64,000 bases of DNA from contig NW_026928438.1 in NCBI RefSeq assembly GCF_032062105.1, forward strand, positions 186,001-250,000. Reading direction: 5' to 3'. This stretch comes from Saccostrea cucullata (taxonomy: Eukaryota). Made by a program: the position numbers and the translations under genes. The notes beneath the pieces were generated by a model. That model made no database searches and was not told where the DNA came from. It saw only the letters and a list, made by a program, of their open reading frames with translations. Every line of letters starts with the position of its first letter. The stretch's first letter is position 1. Below are positions 37,391-49,870 of this stretch, piece after piece.

Positions 37391-40188
37391 AGAACCTTTT
37401 TGAGACAGTAGGCATTAATTCGAGGTTTTGGTAGTGCAACTTTGTGACATCGGTTGAACTCTTCGAGACCTTTACCAGCCTTTGACCCCACACTAGTATC
37501 TAATATGTTAAAATCTAAAGTAAACGATATTTCGGTGATCTATTACTCAGTAATCGTATTGTTTTTATATGATATTCAACTATGTTTCTTACTGTACATT
37601 GCCGATATTTCATATCAAATTGCTTAACAAAGTACACATCTCTTTGCCAGCTTGCTTCCACTGGGCAACAGAACAAACATTAATTTTAATCATCTCCCTT
37701 CCCTTACTAAACCCAATAAATAACTACACTTCTGGTAAGTCTTTTGACTTTATAAACCGTGTACAAATTATAATATATTGCTGTAAAGGAATTTTAAAAA
37801 CATATTTGTATTTTTCCAGCCGTTTATGGCTCTAATACGACTAAATTAACCATTTTTTGTCACATGTGATCTTTATATTGATGTCATTTTCACACTGTGA
37901 CCTCACAAACATGAACACATTTCACTACATATGTTATTTATAGAACATGTGTTTGACTCTATGTGTACCAAATTTCATTCCGATTTGAATTGTGCTTTTG
38001 TGTATAGAGATAGCTTGCGCAAAGTTCTTGATCACCCCTCGGAAGCAAGAGAAGTTGACGATAGAATACCACATTGTACATGCACTTGTGTATTAATTTT
38101 TTAAAAGTGAAATTCGGGGTTTTGCTTCTGTGCTAATAAGATATTTAATATAAATTAAATAAATTTTTACTAAGTGTCAAATATAACACGTTTCTTTCAT
38201 ACTACTTATCTCCCTTGATCATGTAATGTGATTTAGACTTCATACAGAAACCGACTAATGTAGTTTAGAATGTTTCCTGTCCTAACCCATTCCATGAAGG
38301 AATAATTTTACATAATTTGTTTTTATTTTGCAGATCAATTGGCGGAAAAGGTATTGCATCTTTGTCCTGGCTGCATCATTAAAATGGATACCACTGGATG
38401 TCGATTAGATACAGCCAGTACAGCTGTCAGTCGTACCAGTATCACCGGAGGAACTACCGGGGTATGATATCATTTTATTATAAAACACACAATTACAAAT
38501 TTGCAGAAATGTATTGCTGATGATTCATTAGTATTTTGTCATCAACTCTCTTGATCCCAGAGTTCAGCTATAAATAGTTCATTAATAAATGCAGGTATAA
38601 CCTATTCTACTACCGAGCAAGTTAATTATTGTGTTTTATTTAAATTGTTTGCCTGTTATATATATTTTATCATTCGTAGGGTATATGTGTATTTTACATG
38701 TTTAGTAGCTTGCGTTATTTAAAATTGTGTCCCTTGTGTATCGAATCACATACATGTGTACATAGTGTTCAATAAATATGTTCGATGATCGGTATGGGTT
38801 CAATGATTAAAAATGTTATATCATATATTACATGGCGTTATTCTCGGGCAGCAATACCAGAATATTTGCCCCTCGGTGACAGAAAAGCCCAGGAGTGTTA
38901 TGTCGCACGTACTCTGCCTTCGGAATCGGGCGACATAACACTCCAGGGCTTTCCTGTCACCTTGGGGCAAATATTCTGGTATGCTGCCCTCAAAGCCATG
39001 TAATATACATATAATATTTGGGAGAGGTTTAACTATACTTGATCTAAAAGGTTAGAAAGCCGAAATTTCCCTTCCCATTACTTAATGTCTTATTGCTGTG
39101 TTTCTAAAGTGGAGAGTAGATAAATAACTCTCTTTGACTAACTGTCACTTCACACATGTGAACTTTCTCTTTCGAGGGACCAATCTCCACGCATGTTGCA
39201 CAGAAAACATTCGCTAAAACAAAAGTGCACTTGCATCTTGTGTACATTGTTAAGGGTTTCAAAAAGCTCCATGCATCAAATGATACAATGCCATGAAAAG
39301 AGTTTTGCTGCAAACAAATCAAGAATGGTTTCTTTAATTTTATAAGTGCATCATTACCTTGAAATCCAATGAAGTCGGCATATTCTTTACTAATACGTCA
39401 AATAAAATGATGAGATTGATTTCACAATCACGGAAAATGTTTATCGGCGTAACAATATATCTGCATTGAATTAGGTCATTACATTGCGGCGTTTTTTTTC
39501 CTACAGTAGGCTTAGTGTACATGTATATATATATATGTATAGTTATAATGCGCAGAGTTGCATGATTTGCGTCATTGCACTATAGATGGTGAAAAGCAAT
39601 ATACTAAGTTATCATTATTAATGTTAGTAAAATATAAAGAATCTATGTCTCTGCATAGGAAGGTAAACACATTCCGTATTGGCATTTGTTGTACTCTCAG
39701 AGCTAAATTATTCTGCACGTACGTGTATATATGTCTAATAATATATTTTAGTTTTATTGAGTCAACTCTAATCTTTTGCATCGTGTTGCATATACTGTCA
39801 GAAATTTTAAATGTGCTCTTGTGTTTAGTATGGCAAACCTTTTTGCTATTTATTTGAAAAATAAAATCTATCTTGAAGTTACAGAGATATCTCTCATTTT
39901 AGAGAAATATCTCTAAAAAATAGAGATATCTTTCAACTTAAAGAGACACATCCGTTTCAAATTTGGATATTGTACTTGAAAAAAAAAGACGATAATGGTA
40001 ATCTAAGGACCAAGCTATATGATAAACGTGATGACTTTAACTTTTCTATCGTCAACTTCCCTTACTTATGCAGCAAAATACCTTCATCACCTGCATACGG
40101 AGTATATATATCTAAGTTGATTCGATACGCAAGAGCATGCTCTACGTGAGAACAATTTCTAAAACGAGGTAAATTATTGACAAGCAAG

Positions 40189-41685
40189 TTTTTTTTTTTA
40201 TTTTTTTTTTTTCTTTATATTGCCCGACATCACAATTTGTATGAAATTATAAACAATTTATGAGCTTTTTTACATTTTGACTGCTTTCATTCACACACTC
40301 TTACTGACTTACATACAGTCTCATTCTTTAGATCATGAAAATAATAACAAAATGGTTTGGGAAAAATCAAGAATTCATATATATTATTACAGCTTTACTT
40401 AGAACATATATTTACTACTCTGTATAGATTTATATTGACAAATCTCTTTATGAAAAACAAACAGTATATAATATTTTTATAATAAGCTCATTGAAATATG
40501 TTTTTCCATAAAGACCATTCTTTTTCAAATTTATCTATGTGGAAATTTTTGATAGCTATACATTTTTCAATATTATGTTTCAATTTAATGTGATTTAATA
40601 AGCCCAAAAGATTTGGAATTTTATCTTGCATTAAACTTGTGAAAATGTATTGTTTTGATTATAATATTATAAAATTCTTGACTCTGTTGTTATATGTCAT
40701 TGGTATTTCACCTAGAATAACATTTTCAACATTAAAACCAACTCTTTTTTTCATTGTTTTGTAAATATGTAAACTGAGGTTGGTCCATAGAGATAAAACT
40801 TTTTCACAACCAATGAAAACATGTTGAATAGTTTCTACTTCTTGTTTACAAAAAGTACAAATATCTGAATTCTTTATCTTAATTTTTTTTAAATAAGAGT
40901 TAACAGGTAGAATCCTATGTAAAATTCTAAATTGTAACCATTGAATTGTTGAGTCCTTTGTTGTTTTAAAACATACTTTAAAAACATCTTTTACACAAAT
41001 TTCATTGATTCCATATGGAGATAATTCTACATTCCACTTGGATAAAGCTTTTAAAACAGTTTCCTTTGTATTAAGACAATTGTAAATATATTTTGTACAT
41101 TTTTCATACAACAGTATGTCTTGAAAATAAACAGGTAAAAAAGGTCCATACATATTTTTCACTGAGAATCTATCTATTGACATATCCTTTATGTACTTTG
41201 AGATTGAACAAACAACACTGTTATACTGCATTATACATACTGTAGAAATGTTAAATTTTTGTTGAAATGTCTTTTGAGTAAGAAAAATACCCCTTTCATC
41301 TAAAAAATCACGGATAGTTTTAACACCATTCTTATACCAATCTTGAATAAAAATGCTTTTGTTATTAACTTTGATTTTTGAGTTATACCATACTGGTATA
41401 TTTAAGAAATTGTCTTGAGAAACTGAATCATTCAGAGTTTTTATAACTTCAAGCCATGAAATAAAAACATCTTGCCAGAATTTATTGTTTTTTGTAATTA
41501 AGATTTTACGAACAAAATCGTCCCCAAAATCAAGTAGCTTGTTTAAAATGTCATTACCATTTACAGCCATGAATAAATCTATCCATGGTTTGTTACAACA
41601 ATAGTTTGACAATCTTTTAATCCAAGAACATTTCAAGGCCATTATAAATTTGCTTATATTAATCATTTTAAGTCCCCCTAATAAA
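40189..41685 (-). mobile_element. Inverted copy of the LINE 3' end (ORF2 C-terminus, 3' UTR, poly-A)
   Basis: ORF 40659-41666 is almost identical to the last 335 aa of ORF2, with the same premature stop and the same 3' flank. Confidence 0.95.
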
Positions 41686-41945
41686 AATTTTTGTATGTTG
41701 ATAAGAAAATCGGTAAAAGTTTTTATCTGGAGAGTTTTACCGGTTTCAAGGTGATAGCGTGCTCATAATAGATCTTGTCCGCGAACTTTCCTAACAACCT
41801 TCGTACAAGTGGTTCACGAAAAGGGGTGATCGAGTGTGTAAAGGCTCGTATAACGAGGGGCTACTTTTTTTCGAGTTTATTTTAACAGTAAATCTTAATT
41901 TAGATACCTTAGATACCCCTCCACACACACACCCTCTCACTTCTG

Positions 41946-42028
41946 GTCATCTTCCCAAGTCAAGAGTTTCTGATCCGCTCCGCTCCACTAGCGGAGCGGA
42001 TCAGAAACTCTTGACTTGGGAAGATGAC
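41946..42028. mobile_element. 83-bp hairpin mini-element with 5-bp TSD (variant mirror at ~54554-54627)
   Basis: GTCATCTTCCCAAGTCAAGAGTTTCTGATCCGCTCCGCT / AGCGGAGCGGATCAGAAACTCTTGACTTGGGAAGATGAC flanked by TTCTG. Confidence 0.7.
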
Positions 42029-45000
42029 TTCTGGTATATTCAAGGTTTCTTTTTCGGAAAAGTTAACCAAAAATAAGAACCCACCCCTTACAAACATACG
42101 CACGAAATAGGAATTTTGAGATCGGATTATCAAAACAATTTAGGTTTTTTTTAGGGGGTTCAGGTTTATTAAGACGCCCACCCTATCGGGCTTTCTAGTA
42201 GTCGGGTTACTAGTAGTGGCAGAACTAGCTGTAGCTCTTCAAAAATATTTTGACAGACTGTCTATCAATATATATTTTTTCGGAGAGCTACTAACAGTAC
42301 AGTTTTCAGCTATGGGCCGGGTACATTTGATAAATTATGTAAGGTCTACGTTAGAAAATAATTATATTTTAAGGTGTACAAACATCTGAAATAAACCTTT
42401 TTCAAGTTCGATAGAATTTTCAATGATAAATCACGAAAACTTGTGAATAGTTATTATGCATAACTCTGTTTCAATTACACTGCATTTGTATATATTAAAT
42501 TTTAATCGTACTGCATTTCCTGCAAAAAGTGAAAGGCAAAAAAGTTTTTATACCTTTACCTACTTTGTTTGTGACGTCACAGTAACGTAACGTCATAGAT
42601 TTAACGTAATAAAAAACTGTCACGGCACTGTGTGTAATTTGAACTCCAAATCTGTACGACAGTGAAAAGGTTAAGTGAATTTATAGATGTGTATGAAGGC
42701 TGAATTATTATGCAATCAAATCTTACCATTGCCCATTTTTGGGACAAGGCGGGTTAAAGTAATGCAAATTCTACTACGATTATTGCCGAGATCAAAGAAA
42801 TGCCGCGGACATTATTCTCCAAATAAATTACAAATGTCATCAAATATCCGATCAGAAACACGTATCAAAACTGTGCAGATGAAATGTACATTTGAGTTAA
42901 GAATGAAATACAAATTTAGACTACATCGATGTGTAGTGTTTTGCAATTTAAATACTGTATATTGCAGAAAGTAGCTGATGAATGTAGGTTTTTAAAGCTA
43001 AGCGGGACTGTTTCACGAACCTCCCTGAACTCTGTGATTTTAGTGATAAAGTGGTAAATTAGGAAACTGATTTTGTTATTGTATATTCAAAGAAGATTTA
43101 TCCATATAAGCTACAAACAGGTTTTTGATGAATAAAAGGATATTTTTAATGCGGCAAAAGCCCAAATCGTCTGCAGTCTATTCACAGGTCTACAAACAAA
43201 TCTAATCTCTGGTGCTAAACGAAACAGCGTTATCGCAGCATGGTGACCTAATTCGTTTCTCTAAAGGAAAATGATCAGTCGAATTTTAGAGATAAACTGC
43301 GTAAAAATCGTACAGTATATGCTTATGTAGTTATGTATAATTTCAAAGATACATGTATATTTTTAACTTTACAGCCGTTTGTTGCTCGAATACGACTGAG
43401 TCAACCATTTTTTATCATAAGTGATCTACGTATTGACGTCATCATCACATTGTGGCGTCACAAACATGAAGCAAAGCATTTCATTACATATGCTATTTAT
43501 AGAACATGTGTTTGACTCTGTTTGTGCCAAATTTCACTCTCGTTTGAATTGTAGTTTTGTAAATATAGAAATAGTTCTCAAACTTTTTGATCAAAACTCA
43601 TATGTAAGCATTATATTCATGCATAGAACATGTAGAAAAGTAATAAATGTCATTTACATACAACTCATTCTTCAATACTGGTGTTTTTTTTAAATATTAA
43701 TTTTCTCCTTTATTTTCCAATAAATAATGTGTAAGCAGATAGATTGATATTGCTAAAATTTGATATTTGTATGAGAATATAGTTTAAATAGTTTTTTTGA
43801 ATATGGTTGAGGAATAAAAAATATTGATCATAGTTGTATTGCATTCAGGAGAGTTCAATAACTGAAATTGTGACATTATTAAGGAATTGGCATAAAATAC
43901 TGTTTTATCAAAATAATAAATCACTTGACATGATATATGTGTACATAGTTTTAGTATATAAATAAAACGATGTATTCCTTTTGTCAAACGTGCTAAAATT
44001 ATCCTAATTTTCCCGAACTTAAATAATATTCCAAGTTAAATTTCCGTGTTTAATAAATGAGTATGGGTAATTTATTATTTTTTTAAAAAAGGCTTCATAA
44101 ACATAACTCAATTCTTTGTGTAATTTTAATATTTGGTGTCTTGACCGTTACGAACATAAAAGCTTTCAGTATGATATAACAGCCAAATAACAGCCAATGA
44201 ATCATATTTATGGATCATGGGGTCCGTGGTAGTGGTATAATTATAAATTGAAAATGAAAGTAAAGAGGTGGCGCAGCTGTCTGCTAGAAAACATGGCGTC
44301 GCTCATTGTGCCCATGTGGAAAAGAAAGTTACGAACATAATAGATAGGGTGAGTAGATTCGAATTGTACCAATTTGATTGAATGTATATCACATAAGTAC
44401 AGTAATTGTATCTTTATACCATGTACCTGTTAATCAGAAACTAAAAAATGTTGATTATGACCACACAAAATGCATTGATCTGTCCGAGTTGAGTACCTTC
44501 GGTTAAACATTTAACTTTTGATTCGCGTCTTTTGTTATGAACATGTGTTTTAACATTATTTGTATTGTCTATTACTGATTAACTTACATTGTACTATATT
44601 TAATTCTATATTTGTTGGTTTTGTTTTGGTCTAATCAAAGGGTGAATATTTATCGAATATTTTTTTTAAAATATTGCCATATCGATAACGTTCGTAATGG
44701 AGACACGAAAACTTGAAATGGTGAAATAATTTGTGCTTTGATTGCCTTGTTTCTAGTGTTTCGAGGATATTTAATAAAGTATAGTTATATTAGATAAAAA
44801 GTAACTTAAAATGATTTTTTATCATAAATTTTATAGTTATTATAACTTGAAAGAAAACATGAATGACCACAACAAATTTTAGTGTCCATTGTTTGAACGT
44901 AACATTTGTTTTCTTTTATAAAAAAAGTTTTTCAAACAACTGAGAAGTAATATATTTAAGAAACATGTGTTTTCAATACCACTGGCTAATGGTCTATTTT

Positions 45001-46694
45001 GTTTTATATATTTTTTATTTCTTTCAGATTTACAAAAAGTGACTGAATTATGTTCGTAACAATGACACAAAGATCCACAAGACTCAAAATAGAAGACCTA
45101 CATATAGTATGTTTAGCCATTCAACTGACAATTTACTTGTCTGCATTTATTCTCTTTGAAAGCTAGTCTATTATTGAGCTTTGAAATACAATATTAAAAG
45201 TATTACAGACAAGTGTTTGACTGTTTTGTTATTTTTTGTTCCTTTTTTAAGCCTTAGATTCGGATTTAGGTGTCCATGTTACATGAAAGTATGAATAAAA
45301 ATTGTGACTTTTTAAATAAATTCCGTTTGATTAAACATCAAATATGATTTCATCCTACCCCTTTGATCACATTATTTTAATATTTTAACAACTTGTTAAT
45401 TTTTAGTAATATGTTACTTGATTAGTGTTTATATGAAAGTAACGGTGTCCAATGGTAATCTTGAATATATTTTCTTATTATAAGTGAAATAAGGCAGAAA
45501 TAAGTCATGCAATAAAACATACAAACTAGTGTTTATACATGGATACTTCTAAAAGGATACACCAGAAAAGTATAGCTCATTGATTAAAAACACAGTCCCT
45601 GTGGACTCCCAAGTTACGTACGTAAAATTTCAAACATGCCTGTACAATTGGACACTTATCTCCTCTTTAAGACTTCAGATTATCTTCCCATCATTTGTTT
45701 TTCAGAGGAGGAAAGGTACTGACTCACATAAATAATGAAACTGATTATTTGAAAAAAAAAATCGCCCTTTTGATCACAAATCTAAATTTAGTTCTGAAGA
45801 ATGAGTTATATATACATGTACAACTACATCTATACTCACAGGCAATAATGAGAAATAGTTCTCAGGAATTTGTTCGCAGCAAACGTTCTCTATTTCAGTG
45901 GGTTTCTTAGGACAATATATATAAGTGCACCAGAATGGTGTAACACCTGGTGGTGGATGGTATCCTCTGAGCGTTGACTTACTTTTCGAGGATTCTTCCA
46001 AAACGTCGAAAACCAAGGAGGGATTTCTCTTACACAGTTAAATTCTGAGATGAGGGCAAATGTCATCAATAAAATGTCCAGTTTTTTCTTCAAATTATAC
46101 AAAAATTATTTTTTTTTATTTTAATGGATTTATTCTAATTATTACCTAATGAAAACCTTTAATTTTCAAAACCTTCTTCCCGTTTTTTTAATAATGCTTA
46201 TAAATGCATCCAAAATTTTAGCACGGAACTATGGAAAATGAGAAAAAGTTTTGTGGGAACAATGATATCATAAACTCCTGAATTACAATTATTCATACCT
46301 TCAGTTCCTGCCTATGTACATGTACATTCATTACATCTTAAATGTCTTTTGCCCTTTTATTCAACATCTGTGTTTTCCCTCTTTTTCTTGATGCTTTCAG
46401 AGCTACTTTTGAACTTTGTTGTTGGTCAAATTAAGAATTAGTCCGCTTAATTAATCGAATTCGCACAAAGTTTATTTTCTAACGTCATGACGTCAAACAG
46501 TGCTGAATTTGGTCTAGTTATCGGAGAGCAAAGGGGAGAGTTAATGTCTATATTCAAAGCACTATGATTAAAAAAAATATGATCACATTGTCCAATCTAG
46601 ATAAGCAGATACATGTGAACTATTTGGCTAATCCATGTTTAGTTAAATGACCTGAAGCACTTAATAAGAAAAGTTCATTTGGAATTCGTTGTTG

Positions 46695-47650
46695 TTTTTT
46701 TTTTATGCACCCGTAAACGATGTTTCTGGGGTACATAGTTTTTGTTGTGTCCGTCCGTCTGTCTAGCTGTCTCTCCGTCTGTCTCTCTGTTTGTCTGTTT
46801 GTCCGCAAAAACTTTGACCTTGCCCATAATTTTTGATTTAGTGGAGCCATGACTTTCAAATTTCACATGTGTATTTCTTGTGTATTGACAAGACCTTTCT
46901 TTGGGTACCACCAAATTTGACCTTTTGACCTTGACCTTGGAGTTTGACCCACTTTTACATGAAAATTTTTTCTTTGGTCATATTTTTCGAGCAGTAAATA
47001 CCAGGACATTTATACTTCACATATGAAATATTTGTTGAAAGACCTTTCATTTGATACCAACAACCTTGACCCTTTGACATTGACCTTGTAGATTTGCATA
47101 CTTGTGAAAAACTTTAACCTTTGCCATTACTTTTGAACGGTAAGGGATAGGGCTTTCATACTTTATGTGTAATCCTTGTGAGAAGACCCTTTTGGATATC
47201 AAAATCTTTGACCCTTTGACCTTGTCCTTTGAGTTTGACCATGACTTTTAAAGGGTTAGGCCTAGTGCTTTCATACTTTACACATTTAATTCTTGTGACA
47301 AGACCTTTCATTTGATAAGATGAATTTTTACCCTTTGACCTTGGAGTTTGACCTACTTAAAAAAAAATAACCATGGCCATAACTTTTGCACGGTTAGGGC
47401 TAGGTCTTTTATCCTCTACATTATATGGCAAGGCCTTTCATTAGATACCAATGACATTGACTGTTTGACCTTGACCTTGGAGAATTTTGTACTTATTGAA
47501 AAACTTTAACATTGGCCTACTTTCAAATTTCACAATTGTTTTCCAGTGAGAATACCCTACTTTTGGAACCAATTAATTAAATTTGCATTTAAGAAAAGTT
47601 TAATCTTTGTTTGTTGCCATACGGGGGCATCAGTGTTTCACAAACACATT
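46695..47650 (-). mobile_element. CvA/pearl-type Helentron-like element with diverged core repeats
   Basis: Terminal stem-loop, (CTGT)n, repeated TTGACCTTGACCTTGGAGTTTGACC cores, GGGGGCATCAGTGTTTCACAAACACAT end. Confidence 0.8.
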
Positions 47651-48929
47651 TCTTTTTTATGAAATTGAAATAAAATTGTTATTATCAAACTTAGAAAAAG
47701 AATCGAGAAAAATCCAGCATTGAATATTTTATCAAGATTCCAATTGCAATCAAAGTCCCTCATATTATTCTATGTAGTATTGTGAAAAATTTTGAATATG
47801 ACGTGATCATAATCAGAATAAGCCAAGAAAAAGATGGCCCAATCGGCGTAAGTTAAAATAAAACCTCATTCGAATGAAATCATTTGACATAAGAAATTAG
47901 ACTATCTATGTATGGATATCTTTAAAGCCAATTTCACAAGGGGTAGTTTTTGTACCATATTATGCATATACCATTACACTATGACTATGAATTACTACTA
48001 TAATAGTAGTTTATGCAAACGGCAGTGCGATGGGACAGAAGAGTGCATTAATGTATCAAAACAATATTACTACTGACATCAACATAAAAACTTTATTAGT
48101 TAGATATTGAACGCACTAGCTCAGAAATTTCTTAAGAAGACTCACTAGGAAAGCATTTGTGAATTAAATGATACGATTCATCTAAATAAACAAAGACTAT
48201 TAAAAGAAAATGATATTAGAAAGTAAATGAAATGCATAAAGGTTGACATCAATGCTTTTTTTAGTTTCATTGCTAAATTAAGTGATTAAATACCATTTAA
48301 AGAAATGAATAATTCTAGAGCCTAAGGATCATAAGTAGTTGTCAATGTCAATCAGCATTATGCTGAAATTTTCTTTTAATAGTCTTTGTTTATTTAGATG
48401 AATCGTATCATTTAATTCACAAATGCTTTCCTAGTGAGTCTTCTTAAGAAATTTCTGAGCTAGTGCGTTCAATATCTAACTAATAAAGTTTTTATGTTGA
48501 TGTCAGTAGTAATATTGTTTTGATACATTAATGCACTCTTCTGTCCCATCGCACTGCCGTTTGCATAAACTACTATTATAGTAGTAATTCATAGTCATAG
48601 TGTAATGGTATATGCATAATATGGTACAAAAACTACCCCTTGTGAAATTGGCTTTAAAGATATCCATACATAGATAGTCTAATTTCTTATGTCAAATGAT
48701 TTCATTCGAATGAGGTTTTATTTTAACTTACGCCGATTGGGCCATCTTTTTCTTGGCTTATTCTGATTATGATCACGTCATATTCAAAATTTTTCACAAT
48801 ACTACATAGAATAATATGAGGGACTTTGATTGCAATTGGAATCTTGATAAAATATTCAATGCTGGATTTTTCTCGATTCTTTTTCTAAGTTTGATAATAA
48901 CAATTTTATTTCAATTTCATAAAAAAAGA

Positions 48930-49870
48930 AATGTGTTTGTGAAACACTGATGCCCCCGTATGGCAACATAACAAAGATTAAACTTTTCTTAAATGCAAAT
49001 TTAATTAATTGGTTCCAAAAGTAGGGTATTCTCACTGGAAAACAATTGTGAAATTTGAAAGTAGGCCAATGTTAAAGTTTTTCAATAAGTACAAAATTCT
49101 CCAAGGTCAAGGTCAAACAGTCAATGTCATTGGTATCTAATGAAAGGCCTTGCCATATAATGTAGAGGATAAAAGACCTAGCCCTAACCGTGCAAAAGTT
49201 ATGGCCATGGTTATTTTTTTTTAAGTAGGTCAAACTCCAAGGTCAAAGGGTAAAAATTCATCTTATCAAATGAAAGGTCTTGTCACAAGAATTAAATGTG
49301 TAAAGTATGAAAGCACTAGGCCTAACCCTTTAAAAGTCATGGTCAAACTCAAAGGACAAGGTCAAAGGGTCAAAGATTTTGATATCCAAAAGGGTCTTCT
49401 CACAAGGATTACACATAAAGTATGAAAGCCCTATCCCTTACCGTTCAAAAGTAATGGCAAAGGTTAAAGTTTTTCACAAGTATGCAAATCTACAAGGTCA
49501 ATGTCAAAGGGTCAAGGTTGTTGGTATCAAATGAAAGGTCTTTCAACAAATATTTCATATGTGAAGTATAAATGTCCTGGTATTTACTGCTCGAAAAATA
49601 TGACCAAAGAAAAAATTTTCATGTAAAAGTGGGTCAAACTCCAAGGTCAAAAGGTCAAATTTGGTGGTACCCAAAGAAAGATCTTGTCACAAGAAATACA
49701 CATGTGAAATTTGAAAGTCATGGCTCCACTAAATCAAAAATTATGGGCAAGGTCAAAGTTTTTGCGGACAAACAGACAAACAGAGAGACAGACGGAGAGA
49801 CAGCTAGACAGACGGACGGACACAACAAAAACTATGTACCCCAGAAACATCGTTTACGGGTGCATAAAAA
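48930..49870 (+). mobile_element. Mirror copy of the CvA/pearl-type element
   Basis: Reverse complement of 46695-47650 with small indels. Confidence 0.8.

Larger units (their letters stand above)
27809..41685. repeat. Giant palindrome 1 (arms 27809-34739 and 34752-41685; 12-bp spacer)
   Basis: Mirror-image ORFs with coordinate sums of about 69491-69494 throughout; sequence is reverse-complementary around TCCTTAACGCAT. Confidence 0.97.

Noticed and set aside
40189-41685. Independent 5'-truncated LINE insertion
   Set aside because: It shares the 3' flank, the premature stop and kilobases of downstream sequence with the full-length copy and has no 5' TSD. It is part of the inverted duplication.
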